Source: Polymyxa betae A26-41 (taxonomy: Eukaryota > Protista > Endomyxa: Phytomyxea). From it: 64,000 nt of DNA. Below the pieces are notes generated by a model. It was not told the origin of the DNA. It did no database searches and was given only the letters and a program-made list of their open reading frames with translations. Location: NCBI GenBank assembly GCA_003693705.1, contig RBZT01000588.1, forward strand, positions 62,001-126,000, given 5' to 3'. Both the position numbers and the translations under genes were made by a program. Of the stretch, positions 1 to 12,070 are shown piece by piece. Position 1 is the stretch's first letter. Every line of letters begins with the position of its first letter.

Positions 1-1136
1 CGGTTTTTGAATAGCACTCTTGTCACATTCGTATTACAGATCGGCAGCTGGACATAGCGGACCAACATTGGCATTAAGTTCGATTCGTTTTGAAACCTTC
101 GCTGGTTTGCCGATAAATCAGATCATCTGGCTGCCAAGTTTGGCATAGATCAAGAATCGAAGTTGTGCCGATTGCTAATGAAGGCTGTGCCCAAATGCGC
201 TCGAGTGTCTCTCAATGAATGCAGATTTTGTAATTTGTAGAGCAGAGACGAATTCTGCCGATCACCGGCGCGGGTAGGATCGGGGCTTCCACAATACAGA
301 CATAGGAACCCGGAGAGTAATCCCAACAGCCGAAAGCTTGCTGTATCGTGGATGTTTAAACTGAAAGCCAGTTATGAGCTGGTTTCCATTTGCTCAGGAA
401 AGCCGCAAATGGAATTGGATTCATTACGGGACGGGCGCCGATCAAGGAACACTCATCTGAATACGAATCGCGGAGCTGACCTTACTGCAACTACGAGGGG
501 GTTACTGGCATCGATGAGATACATTGCCGATCGAAATCAAAATCTCATCGGCTGGTCATTGGTTATATTGTCTGCGAAGACCAATGGGATTGACCCAATC
601 GGGTGTTGCCTTCTGAATCTTTATTGAAACCCAGAGCACTTCAGGTTCTAGAACCGTCTTTCTAGAGAACGACAAACAGGTTTTGGTCAAGTCACTCCCA
701 CCAACAATCGGAACTCTCCCGGATTCCAATAATCAAAGCCGTTCTCCAGCAAGCAATGGCTGATATAGGTATATATTGTGACGCAGCGAGCCATTCGATA
801 TTCGGTGCCTGAGGCGGAGTACATGTAGCCCCTGATGTATCTTCTTGTCGAATGCACTGAAATGTATTTTTAGATCAGCGCTGAAACCCGCCCCAACCAA
901 AACATATTAGAAATGGCCAACAAATTCGCAACTAAGCTGTACAGCTAGATCCCGAATGGGGCGCCATGTTTAGCGCTAGCGCGGCCTTTGCCTAAGTACA
1001 CAACCACTTGAAAGCAATCCCATTCGGCACTCCAGATTCAATACGAACATTTGTTGCTGTCAGTTAGCTGTTGGCTATTTTAGAAACCTGCTGGCTGCCA
1101 AAACGATCGCAATAAACAAGCTTGATCCTTTCGCTG

Positions 1137-4100
1137 ATGGAGCCATCCTCTGTCTGGTCCAAAACCCTTTCACAAGTTTGTTGTGAGGATGTTTGAACTT
1201 AATAACCTTGTTGATGAGTGGCATTAGTATTATGATGAAATACAAGAGGCTGCCAAGTTGGTGTTATCTCGTTTGGGAGAAGTCGATGTTGCTGTGGTGC
1301 TCGGAAGTGGGCTGAGCTCTTTCTCATCGAATTTATCTTCGACAAAGAAAGTTGCATACGAAGATATACCTCATATGCCTCGCACTACAGTTTCTGGTGG
1401 AGAGATCAAAATATTGTCAGCGCTGTATATTAACATTGTAAAGGACACGCTGGCGAGCTTATCTCTGGTCAATTACCGACAAAATCTGGGAACACCTTGA
1501 GGATTTTATGCTTCTCTGGGCGAGTTCACTGGTATGAAGGGTTTACTTTTGAACAGGTACGCCGTCGCTGAATATCTTTCCTCGTAATGCCAAAATCCAC
1601 CTTCAGGTTAACTTTCTAGTTAGACTGGCAGCTGCCTGCGGCTGTTCGTCGTATATTCTGACAAATAGTGCTGGTGGTGCGATTCCTCACATGAATCCCG
1701 GATCAGCGATGATTATAACAGATCACATTCGGTTCACTCGAATCGGTTTGTTTGTTTGTGCACATCCAATGTTTTCTGCTCACATTTTTCTGTTAAAGAT
1801 CCACTTCGGGACGTTGTTGCTGATCAACGCTTATGCCCTCCTAATCTTGAAAATGTCAGTGTCTGAATTGCTGATTCTAAATCTTACGGGTGATTCAGAC
1901 CGGCCTTTACAGTAATCGGCTCATCAAGTTAGCAAAAGAAGCAGCTGAGAAATTAGGGGAAACCGTCTACGAAGGCGTGTACTGCTGGTGTGGAGGGCCC
2001 ACTTATGAAACTCCAGCAGAGGTGAGATCGTATCATTAAGTTGTGGAAGGTTATCACTGCTGAGAATCTCGCAGGTCCAAGCTGCAATGCGAATGGGTGC
2101 AGACGCTTTTGGAATGAGGTACCGAATGCTGATATCCTCGTATCGTTGCGTGATAGCTGTTAGTACTGTGCCAGAAGTTGTAGCTGGTCGTGCAGTCGGT
2201 ATGGAAATCTTTGGCATTTCTCTATGCACCAACATGGCTTGTGGATTACAGCGTGATGAGAAGCTGGTAGAGTCATATGGTTATTGCTTTTAGTTATGCA
2301 TTACTCTCTCTTTCAGCTTCATGCTGACGTAGTGAGGGTTGCCAAAGAATCCGGGCCCCGTTTTGAGAGGCTACTTCTCGAATTTGTAATAGTTCTTCGA
2401 TTTGGTTTGGCATTGACCTAAACTATTACTGTAGTTTTACAACTTCGATCTTCCCTCCACATCTGGCAGTCTTGCTTCTCAAATAAGTCCTGAGCAGAAG
2501 GCGACCTTAGAGGACAGGCGAATCCTGCAGGTCCCAGGTTTTTGGGCCGGCTCGAGCGCCGTCAGTTCTGACGCTGCATGCCTGCAAAGAAATTTCCAAG
2601 AAGATTGCTATCGGATTGCGGTCTTTATTGACACCAGTTCAGAACCTGGATTAATTCCGAGCACACTTCCAAATGTTCAAGCGATCGGCTTCTCTGATCT
2701 TGCTGGGCTAGTTTCTGTCTCGCCGAGTGTTATCGGAAAAGGACGAATCTTATGTTTAAAGGGCAAACAGATTCTGGACGGGCAAAGCGACGTTTCCGTG
2801 TTGGTTGTTGAACATAATGCAAGCTTTGGGCCCATTCTCGGTATTTGTTTCTACGCTACAGGATCTGGTAACTCAGTGTACTCCTCAGATATTGAATCCC
2901 ATCACCTCGTTGGTGTCATGAGCCGATTGGGAATTCGTCGCGTCATTCAGGTTGTTACAGGACGAACTGAAACAGCTGCTGAGGGCTGGTTCAGTATCAC
3001 CGGAATAGTCGATCTGACAAGCGATAAAACCTATCCAGGTTTTGTGCCAGCCATCAAACGCTTAGGTCGTCTTTTCTTGACTTGATCAGTTCCCTTCCAG
3101 TTCTGAGAATCTACTAGATTCCAGTCTCTGTCAAAATCTGGCACCTGCATCGCTTTGCGTTTTTCCCGGGCCGACCTCACCATCGCCAACGGAAATCAAG
3201 CTGAGCGAACTGTTTGATTGTCCTTTGTATACTTGTACATCCCTGTCTCCAGCATATTCTGCTTTACAGTCAGGATTAGACTGTAGCGTCTTCGCTCGTG
3301 CTGGTTCATCAGCATCAACCGACACTTTTAAGACGATGTGTACAATATGTATGCCTTGCGAGATTTTAGGCTTCTTGATTGATCATACGCACAGTAAAAT
3401 CTGCTGTCATTCATAGCGAATCCCCTGTGAGATCAGCTTGGCAGTATGATGTCCCCCTTCTGCGATATCGCCAATCTGTTCAAGAAAAGGCTGCATTGGT
3501 TAATGCCGCAGCAGCTGAAATTAAAGGAGCAATTCTGACTGGAATCGATCAAGTTGAAATCGTTCTTGTAATCGATTCCCCATTGTTATCTATCGTATCG
3601 GACATCGCATGTATCCCCATCATAATATAGCCTTCCGTAACCCCTGACCGTTATTCAGGGCGCTCCAGTATTGCAGTTGAAAATGTGCAGGGCTGGCAAC
3701 AAGACTTAGGCAAAGATTGGAAACTCAGCCTTGGCGATTGGCCCAATGGGAAATCATTTTTATGCTTACATTCTTGCAGCCGAGACCGGAACTACAATCT
3801 CGTCCGTCTTTACGATGCAACGTTTGCCATTCGTGTGGGAGCCTGCACATGCTATATAGGAGCATTTAATAATTTTCTCTAGGTCTTCAAAGCGTTAAAT
3901 ATAGAGACCATTGTGTTCGTCGGGGCTGGTATTTCGGCTCACGAAAGCATCCCTGTGGGATCCGTTATTGGGGTTGGGGTCTTTCTAGTTTAAAAATCAA
4001 ATATTGACCACGTTTTCAGGTATCAGACCATGTGAATTGCTCAGGTGAAAATCCCCTTTTCGGACCCAACCAAGAACAACTTGGAACGCGTTTCCCAGAC

Positions 4101-4490
4101 TTGGCTGGAATGTACAGCGAAGTTCCATCGGTCCCTAATCACACAATTGTCGGCTATCTTCCTAATGTTTCGGCATTTAGCTCTAAATTCGCAGAACGCT
4201 TGGGATTTCAGGTCTGGGTGATGTTTGCGATTGCCTGTGTGTATACGATTTTCGAATCCCATAGGTTTATTGCTGCAATTTGATTCCCGAGACATTGGTT
4301 GCTCGTCATTCAAGCATGTCTATCTTCTCTCTATGCTGGATATATGGGTCATGTATATCTTACGAAAAGACAGAAATTAATGATTCCGTTCGCAAAGGTA
4401 AAACAATTCAGCTAATGAGATTTCATGTGCTTAGTAGTTCCCAGAAATAACAAACTCATTGAATTGTATATTGCGTTAATTGTAAGATAA
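1137..4490 (+). CDS. Multi-exon purine nucleoside phosphorylase (PNP) with three tandem PNP domains: domain 1 intact, domains 2 and 3 degenerate
   Basis: Domain 1 has VVLGSGL, GRVHWYEG, TNSAGG, GPTYETPAE, GMSTVPE and LCTNMA. Domain 2 has FPGPTSPSPTEI. Domain 3 has DHVNCSGENPLFGPN..LGTRFPDL and LIPETLVARH. Manually chosen GT-AG introns give phase-consistent joins; the 3' end is approximate. Confidence 0.85.
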
Positions 4491-4688
4491 TTTGATGCCT
4501 GGTTGCTATGCTCTATTGATAGTATGAGATGGTATGGATGTCAATGTTGCGAATAGCAAAGTATCCTTAATTTATCTGCAATAAAGCTCCTTTAAACGTT
4601 GAAGCTTCTGCATGCGTTATTTTAATGGATTACGAAAATAATACGGAGTGAACACGCCGGATCCTAATCACACTTCGCATGTGTAAAC

Positions 4689-7263
4689 ATGTCAACGCCG
4701 TCATCATTATCGCAATCTTTGGCGAGATTGCAATCGGCACCGCATGAAGTGTTAACAAATCTGCCGGCCCAGATCGCCAGCGGCCGATCAACCGTCGATG
4801 TGCGATTGGCCAATCTGGCCCTAGCCGCAACCGTTGAAGATTCGGTCCCGGCTCATATCAAGATCCTTTCTGCTCTGACATTAAGAAAAATCCCGATAGA
4901 GACGGAAACATTGAAGAAGCTCGGCGAGATTGTTCATAGTTCAACCGATCCCTATACGATCTGTGCAGCTTTATCAGCAATTCGTAGGCGGTACCGAACT
5001 GAAGTTGTTTACTGTCATTCAATATTTTCCAGATTGTGACAAAATAGTGGATTTAGCCCGGTTCTATCAAATATCGACATCGCTGCAGCATGAATTACTG
5101 AGTTTTTTCTGCTCCAAGGTGCTCAGTTTATTAAAACGCTGTAAGTTTTGTTGAAGTGCTCGCTTGCTAGGACACTCGCATCTGTCATCATGCTATTCTT
5201 GCATTCTCACGAATACATCGATATAAACTTGACAGTGCCATAGCGGCTCTGGACCGAATCGCGAAGCTGCTACAGGACGGGGATATTCCATTTAAGACCA
5301 GAATATTGCTGCTTTGGTTGCTATCGAAGGTTTATCCGGATGAAGACGCCGTTTCGATTTGTCTGCAGCAGATTGATGCTGCTCTGTCTGATAGCTGTAT
5401 GGAAGATCGCCTAAAGAACAGAATTATAACCACAGCTGTTCAGTCCATATTGCATCGGCAATGTGAACCGACGACGGCAACGCTGGAGGCCTTGTTGTCC
5501 CGAAATCTCCATCATTATATTCTAAGCTGTTGTTCGCTAACCGACGCATCGCGATGCGTTTCTGTTCTTTCAGATTCTCTCACATCGTGCAATCCCGTCC
5601 GGTCTCGCCAAGCTCTGCGAGGCTTATTGAGAGCTACCGGCTCAATACCAGACGTTCTTCTGGACCAAGTTCGTTCGCTGCTCTATTCTAATTGCACTAT
5701 CCCACTATGTCTTTCCGTCTTGTCCCGGCATTGCACCCTGCAGGAATTACAATCTGTTATCGAACATGTTCTGATATCATCGGCAGATGGCATCGATAAG
5801 TATGTTTTGGTTCATATCAACGCTCTGGTGCGAAAAGAGCGATCGCATATCGTCTCTCGTTTCTTTATTGAGCATCTCGTTGATCGATTGCGGCTGCCAA
5901 ACTACGTCTCTCGAGATGTCTTGATCTGTTTAGCATTCATTCTACGATATGTAAGAAAATGCGAATTTCGGCCATTGCTTGAATGATAATCAGGTCGATT
6001 CCATTAGTGAGCGCACCGCTTCTGATCTGGCGACGTTTTGTCAAAGCGTATCGGGGCTGCCTGCTCGGCTTGTTGCCCGAGTGTGTTTTATAGCTGCAAC
6101 CAGATGTCCGGCGGTCTCATCACAGTTTCACACCGCCATCCGGAATCTGTTCGAGTCTTGCAGCGTATGTATAAATTCTCTCATTTCGTCCTTGCTGACC
6201 AATTTCAGTCGTCATTCAGCAAATATCTGCTTTGCATTGAGTGCCTGACACATGGACGTTCTGAAGGTAGCAAAATTGCTTCACAGATCCTGGTGGAATT
6301 CCTGTCGGTTTCGCCCAACTGGATATACTGGATATCATCTCTGCTGCATTTAGCAGAAAGCCAGCACGCTGGCAATAATCTGGTATGGATATCAGCAGTT
6401 TCCTCCAACTGTTTCTGATTGTCTCAGTGTCTCGCCATTCATAAACTGCATTCAGTTAAGCAATGCGTCTCAAGTATGAATCTCCAAGGAAGAGATACCG
6501 CTTTCCAGCTCGAATATTGGCAGATTCGAATCGATTTCTTGGAAATGTTCGGAATCTGTCGGAATTGCCCACCATCTCCAGAACAGCGATCTGTCCTACG
6601 TAACGTCTTCCATTAGTCTTTTCCCCATTCCCGACCATGTTTCACAGAAACATACGCTGCCAGGTTCAACCGTCTAACATGTATTTCGACATCACTTCCT
6701 ATGCAGACCAAGCTCTATCTAAAACGGCTCGCTGAAATGTGCGGAAATCTAGCTTCGCTGGAACGATTGTTAGATACTCTTTTCTTTACGACTCTGCCAG
6801 GGATCTTCACGCTTTATCCATCAGATCTCGTGTCCTCACGGGTCTTGGTTTCTGAATCTGGCCAATTGGCAATAACAGGTAACAAGAGTCTTTGAATTTG
6901 TCTCCAATTTGATACCGATACAGTTCGATTGCGCCCTGGTTTGAACGATCGCATTCGAGCAGTTTCAGCTGTATTCCGTGAGAAGCACGTTCCGCTGGAA
7001 TTTCGGAACGGCAACCATTGCGGCGAGATGGATGTTTCCGACAGCTCCGGGCAGGTCGTTATTATTGGCATCGATCATCCTGGCCAACAATACCAACTGG
7101 GCTCCGTTGTTTTTATTATGTCTTAATTTATTCTGCAAGCCTGCATCGAACATGGTCCCTTCACTGGCAGTATGTGACTACAGTAATACAAAGCTTGCAG
7201 AAAATCACATGCAAGGTTCAAGGCTGTGCTGAATATCTATCTATTTTGCAAACATGTCAATAA
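4689..7263 (+). CDS. ARM/HEAT-repeat protein, Integrator subunit 7 (INTS7)-like, multi-exon
   Basis: Motifs HSSTDP..CHSIFSRL, NWIYWISSL and TAFQLEYWQIRIDFLE, plus a beta-rich C-terminal domain ending GQQYQLG, resemble recalled INTS7 segments (HSNDP..HHSIRQSL; HFYFWLNSL; SFQCEFVKLRIDLL). The 3' end is approximate. Confidence 0.6.
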
Positions 7264-7367
7264 AGGCTTTGGGTCGCAATAGTTTCAACACGCAGATAGA
7301 GCGATGGGGTGTTGGGGCGCAGTGGTGTCGCTGAAAACCATGACTATATGGCAGTCAGATCTGTTCA

Positions 7368-8996
7368 ATGACAGTCTGTAGCCCCATCCAGTACTATCCA
7401 GGTCGAACCCGTCGCCGACGATTACTCGATGCCCATGGCCGAATCGCCGCATGGTGGTCCGATCCAGACCTGTCATCCCCTGCTCAACCACTTGGAAGAC
7501 GATCGCTCTTAGGAAAAGCCGACCTGGTTGATGACGACGGCGGGTCCGAGTCGCTGCCCATTGATAACGCCCTGGATGTGGTGGCAGGCGCTTTATCCAT
7601 TAAGCTTCGTGAAAATATCGAGCCTATTCAAATCAGTTTTGTCATCGAGGAGATGCCAAAGCTTCTCGATCGGATTGATACCATTTTGCTGGAGACGCCT
7701 CCGGCACTCGATTTATCACCCTTCAGAGGCATTCGTTTCTATCTGTGCGCCGACCTAGCCCCCAGGCAGCGTTCCAGTTTCATTAGTTGGATCGAACTTC
7801 AGGGGGCCACTTTGGTGCGCGAATTCCATCCCGGCTCAATCGACTTCGTTATCGGCGACGATATACCCCAGGAGGGTTCGTCTCACATCGCCATTCGTTC
7901 GTCTTTGTGGCTGATGTCGTTGGAACGGTGTTCAGATCCATCCGCCCTATCAAGAGGCGACCTTCGCAATCCTGGCATCCATGCAATCATATCCGTGTTT
8001 CAAGAGCTCACCCAGAACTTGATTGGTTTGGGCCAGCACTACGTTGCACACGCCTACGCTCAGATTACCGTAGCCGTCATGCAGTATTATGAAGACAGTG
8101 CCTCAGATGATGGCGCCCTGGATGATCCGCAATTCTTAAGTTCCGCCCTTCAAGGGCCGGCCGATCTTGTAGCTGCCGCCCGACGATTGCTGTCTCGCAG
8201 GCCGCCTGCTGCCATCCTGCATCAGTTGCGATCGAATTCCAGGCTGATCGCTATTACGACTTTGACGCAGAAACCTCTTATCAATGTGTCATTAGCCCGT
8301 CGTCTGCTTCATCGACACGGCTATCTTGATGCCGAGTTCCAATTTTTAAGTCAAAGGCAAAATCAGCTGTTCACCATTGAACCGCGATGCATCTCCGCAT
8401 TGGACGCCGAATCAATGCTCGAGCATTTACGCCGTTACCTTCCGCCAAACTGCTTCATTGTCGGATGTGGAGCGTATCGGCGTCGCTGTAAGGAGATACA
8501 GGCTCTGCCAATCGTCATTTCGGTCGTTACCGGCAATCTCTCTTTGAATGATGTCGAACAGCATCTTAAAGTGAAGCTTGTGATATCGAGAGGCCATGAA
8601 CAAAGCGACATCATCGTTGATGGCGGGATTCGGATTCAAATTCGACTTGTGCCTTGGGCCTGGCGCCACGTCGCCGTTCTCGTTGCCACTGGCAGCGATG
8701 AATTTGTCCGCCGCCTTCGATGGCGCGCTCGCGACCTCGGTTATCTGATCACAAATGATCATCGAGTCTTGAGGTTGGCGTCGCACATGGCGCCGACAAT
8801 GCCTGTTGATACCCTGTTCGAAAGCGAGCGTGACCTGTTCCGGCTGGTCGGAATCGATTTCATTGCGCCGCGATGGCGTCTGGCATTTCCGTTGAAGGCA
8901 ACGCACGCCAGCCCTTCAGAACCGATCATGAGGCCCCCTCGCCTCATCCGTCGGTGCTGGCGTGCACAACGAGCCTTTATTTGTGCATCAACATGA
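7368..8996 (+). CDS. BRCT plus DNA polymerase X family (Pol lambda/mu-like) protein, predicted catalytically inactive; intronless
   Basis: 542-aa ORF with BRCT-like FRGIRFYL..QGATLV..WL, 8-kDa-domain helices, GCGAYRR, VATGSDEF.RRLR..ARDLG and FESERDLFRLVGIDFIAPRWR. Confidence 0.85.
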   Translation: MTVCSPIQYYPGRTRRRRLLDAHGRIAAWWSDPDLSSPAQPLGRRSLLGKADLVDDDGGSESLPIDNALDVVAGALSIKLRENIEPIQISFVIEEMPKLLDRIDTILLETPPALDLSPFRGIRFYLCADLAPRQRSSFISWIELQGATLVREFHPGSIDFVIGDDIPQEGSSHIAIRSSLWLMSLERCSDPSALSRGDLRNPGIHAIISVFQELTQNLIGLGQHYVAHAYAQITVAVMQYYEDSASDDGALDDPQFLSSALQGPADLVAAARRLLSRRPPAAILHQLRSNSRLIAITTLTQKPLINVSLARRLLHRHGYLDAEFQFLSQRQNQLFTIEPRCISALDAESMLEHLRRYLPPNCFIVGCGAYRRRCKEIQALPIVISVVTGNLSLNDVEQHLKVKLVISRGHEQSDIIVDGGIRIQIRLVPWAWRHVAVLVATGSDEFVRRLRWRARDLGYLITNDHRVLRLASHMAPTMPVDTLFESERDLFRLVGIDFIAPRWRLAFPLKATHASPSEPIMRPPRLIRRCWRAQRAFICAST

Positions 8997-9564
8997 ACAA
9001 TACGAAACGGATATTGAACCACTAGAGCTGCATTGGGCTTCTGCAGTTAGTGAAGATTGGCAAGGACATTGTCGATGAAAAGGTCAAATCCAACCAGTCG
9101 TTGCTGTTCTAATCCCCCCAACCATGCGTCATATCTGGACCTTGCGTACTCCAGAAATCTCACCGTTTATTTGCAGTGTCGCAAGTCTGCCAAGTCTCAA
9201 GAATCTGGTTAATCTTGATAACTGAATTTTTTGTCTCTTCGTTATTAACGATTAGCCTAATGGGCATTCTGTATCAAATCCATTCCCATTTTCAATAAAC
9301 CTACCGCACTGTGTTAATGCAAAATCCGACCCTTGTCATTGATCTGTTGGGAAGCTGTTGTTTCGATATACTTGAAAAAGTAACAACACAAGAGTGCTTC
9401 GCATTAGTCTCTTAAATTCGCAATGACCACACACAATTGGACTACTCTAAAAAAAGCCCTATGTCGAGATCCAAACACAGATTGATTAAGCAATCACAAT
9501 ACCATATCACTGGTTTATATCATAGATATGAATACAAGTATACAATACAAGATACAAACTTATA

Positions 9565-10671
9565 TTAATGAGAGCAGCCACCATGACCATGACTGTGCGG
9601 GAATTGAAGAGTTAGAAAACAGATGAAGAGGATGCCGACCGCGAAAGCGGCATGACTAAGAATGGTTTGCCGCCGAGTCATCACCGTTCTTGAGAGAGAT
9701 GGCATCAGCTGGCCAAGAGATACATACAGGAATTCTCCAGCGATGAAGGCAAGACAATACATCTCGATGACTTCGAATTTCTTTGCCAAAGCGAGCCCAA
9801 TACCGACACCGATCAGAATGGTTAGAGTCGATACACAGTTACGAATGATCGCTTTTCGCATCGGCCATCCCGCATGCAGAAGAATGCATAGCTCAGCGAT
9901 CTCTTGAGGCAGCTCGTGGAACACAATCAGCATCGTCATCATAAGTCCTTGCCAGATGCCCTTGGTAAACGTCGTGCCAATCAGCACTCCATCTATGGTG
10001 TTATGTATGGCATCAGCGATCAGCATGTTCCAGGCCATGGCTTGCATCTCAGAGTGATTCTTATGCTTGGACGCTTCGACATCATGAAATCCTAGATCGT
10101 CGTGATCGTGATGATGGCCCCCAATTGAATGGATCACGAACTCCATGATAATGGAAACCAGCATGCCTATTAGAATGGGAAGACCCAGTTTTAGAAAGGC
10201 GTCTGTATCGCGGTTATTGCCCAATTTGGTGTGGGCGACCGCCTCTGGGATGAAATTAACCGTAGCTGAAGCCAGCATCGTTCCGGCTCCGAAGCTGACC
10301 AGCACTGGAAGAAACTTAGTGACACCATCCTTGAAGTATCGGCAGGCGAGATTGCCAAGGAAGGATATGAACGGGACGGAAGCGCCGGCAGCGAAGACGA
10401 TGATGTAGTCAGAGGAAGAACTCAGAGAGCTGCTGTGATCGTGATGGTGATGTTGATGAGCACTTGTTTGAGCACTTTCTCCGCTGGCTTCTTTGCCATG
10501 GTGATGGTCGCTTTCGCTGGTCTCTTTACCGTGATGATAGTCGCTTTCGCTGGTCTCTTTGCCATGGTGATGGTCGGTTTCCCCGTGAGCATGTGTGTGA
10601 TGATCGCATGCCGCAGAGAGAGTCGCGAATGCTAACAGGAAAATTAATAAATATCCCAGTTTAGTATTCAT
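9565..10671 (-). CDS. ZIP (SLC39, LIV-1-like) zinc/iron transporter
   Basis: Signal peptide, His-rich N-terminus, IADAIHNTIDG, FHELPQE, about 8 TM segments. Confidence 0.95.
   Translation of the reverse strand: MNTKLGYLLIFLLAFATLSAACDHHTHAHGETDHHHGKETSESDYHHGKETSESDHHHGKEASGESAQTSAHQHHHHDHSSSLSSSSDYIIVFAAGASVPFISFLGNLACRYFKDGVTKFLPVLVSFGAGTMLASATVNFIPEAVAHTKLGNNRDTDAFLKLGLPILIGMLVSIIMEFVIHSIGGHHHDHDDLGFHDVEASKHKNHSEMQAMAWNMLIADAIHNTIDGVLIGTTFTKGIWQGLMMTMLIVFHELPQEIAELCILLHAGWPMRKAIIRNCVSTLTILIGVGIGLALAKKFEVIEMYCLAFIAGEFLYVSLGQLMPSLSRTVMTRRQTILSHAAFAVGILFICFLTLQFPHSHGHGGCSH
10490..10582 (-). repeat. Coding tandem repeat, 33-bp unit, about 3 copies (D[H/Y]HHGKETSES)
   Basis: Repeated gtgatg(g/a)t(c/a)g..ctttcgctggtctcttt units inside the ZIP ORF. 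Confidence 0.85.
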
Positions 10672-11010
10672 GTCAAGTGGTGCAGATTTGCAGGCAGAAA
10701 CCGATATGGTAATTACGACGGAGCCGGCCTCGATCATTACCTGGGCGGGTCTTCGCCCCAAGTAAGCATAGGAGCGGGGTCGCGGAGATAATCAATCAAT
10801 CGGAGCAGTCCTTGTGAGCTGATGCTCCCAAGGTTGCGCAGTCAGGATCAACCACAAACGCCGCGCAAATCCAAGTGAGGGCCAACTAACCGGCTCCGAT
10901 GGAGTGGTTGCACGAGAATCGTCTTCTTGTGCGAGTGGGCTGTGGTTAGGCTTCACATATGGTAGATCGCTCCCGCAAGTGATATGTCTTGTATCCGACG
11001 TCCATCCATT

Positions 11011-11098
11011 GGACCCAACCCAGCTGCTGGATTGCAAGTTCTAGATTTCGTCCAAGATTACGGTCCCAACGTCGGATCGTTCGAATCCGCTGGGTGTA
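11011..11098 (+). pseudogene. Possible degenerate tRNA-like sequence (Leu-CAA-like)
   Basis: ACCCAGC (11018) and GCTGGGT (11089) are complementary; B-box-like GTTCGAATCC; central CAAGA. The anticodon and T stems pair poorly. Confidence 0.2.
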
Positions 11099-11689
11099 TA
11101 TTGTTTGTGTAGCTTTCTGATCATTTATTGGTTCTCCTATTCCTCAGTTCCAGTGACGCATAGCTTGACGTCTTATACTCTTGCATACCAAACGGTTGAT
11201 TGATATTCTTAGCAGAATTTTCAAAGTTTGAATGACCCGTTACTCTACAGCTGTTTTTAGTTCCGCCTTGCTCTTATTGCATCAAGAATGCTTGTATGGT
11301 CAAATATCAGATCGAAGATTCTCAGATCTTCAATTGAAGAACGAGGTAGATTTCTTCATCAATTCAACGAAAATTTTCCAGTTGACGTTTGTGAAGCAGC
11401 TAATACAGACTTTATAAAAAACCCGCTTTGTATTTACTAACTCAAGTGATCAACGAACATACCCAATCGAAGTTCCAAAGATGTTATACAATGAGGAAAG
11501 CTCAGGCTTACAAAATTGCATGGCAGTCACTGGTTTAATTGTATGCTACTGCTTCTTCATAAGAACAGAATTTTATTGTCGTATATTGATCACATGTTGG
11601 ACAATGGACCAAGACTTAGTTTGTTACTCCCCGCATTCCCAATCTGAAGATGTGATACAATCACGGACATCGAGACATCGTTGTCGGCA

Positions 11690-11953
11690 ATGTCTACAGC
11701 TGTCGCAAGGCTGTACCGATCATATGTTAAAGCGATTCGCGCGCTACCATGCCCCTCCTATGTCAGACGGAAGATGTTGGACAACGTCGCAATCGGATTT
11801 CGCGCTCCGATTGGCGCTGACGAGTCACCAGAGGAGGCATTGAGACGCGGGCGTTATGATCTAGGGACTCTGCAATTCTTAGCTTCACTACCAGAGAGCG
11901 ACTTCGCTTTACTTAGTCGTAAAACTGACTTCGTTAAACCAGACAATCAATAA
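11690..11953 (+). CDS. LYR-motif (Complex1_LYR family) small mitochondrial protein
   Basis: MSTAVARLYRSYVKAIR...IGFR: LYR motif with downstream F-R. Confidence 0.75.
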   Translation: MSTAVARLYRSYVKAIRALPCPSYVRRKMLDNVAIGFRAPIGADESPEEALRRGRYDLGTLQFLASLPESDFALLSRKTDFVKPDNQ

Positions 11954-12070
11954 GTACTAGTGTCGCTAAGTTGTCGATGCATCTCTTCTCTAATTGTTTA
12001 ATAGTTCGGGGTTGTTCACTTTACCAGCGTTAAGATTTTCTAGTCAAATACATAGTATTTTAAGAATAAA

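Noticed and set aside
1-1100. Possible gene or TE fragment at the window start, including ORF 352-627
   Set aside because: No recognisable motif; frequent stops in the frames I read
3611-3658. U12-type intron (GTATCC donor)
   Set aside because: The donor is GTATCCCC rather than GTATCCTT and there is no TCCTTAAC branch site; treated as a U2 intron
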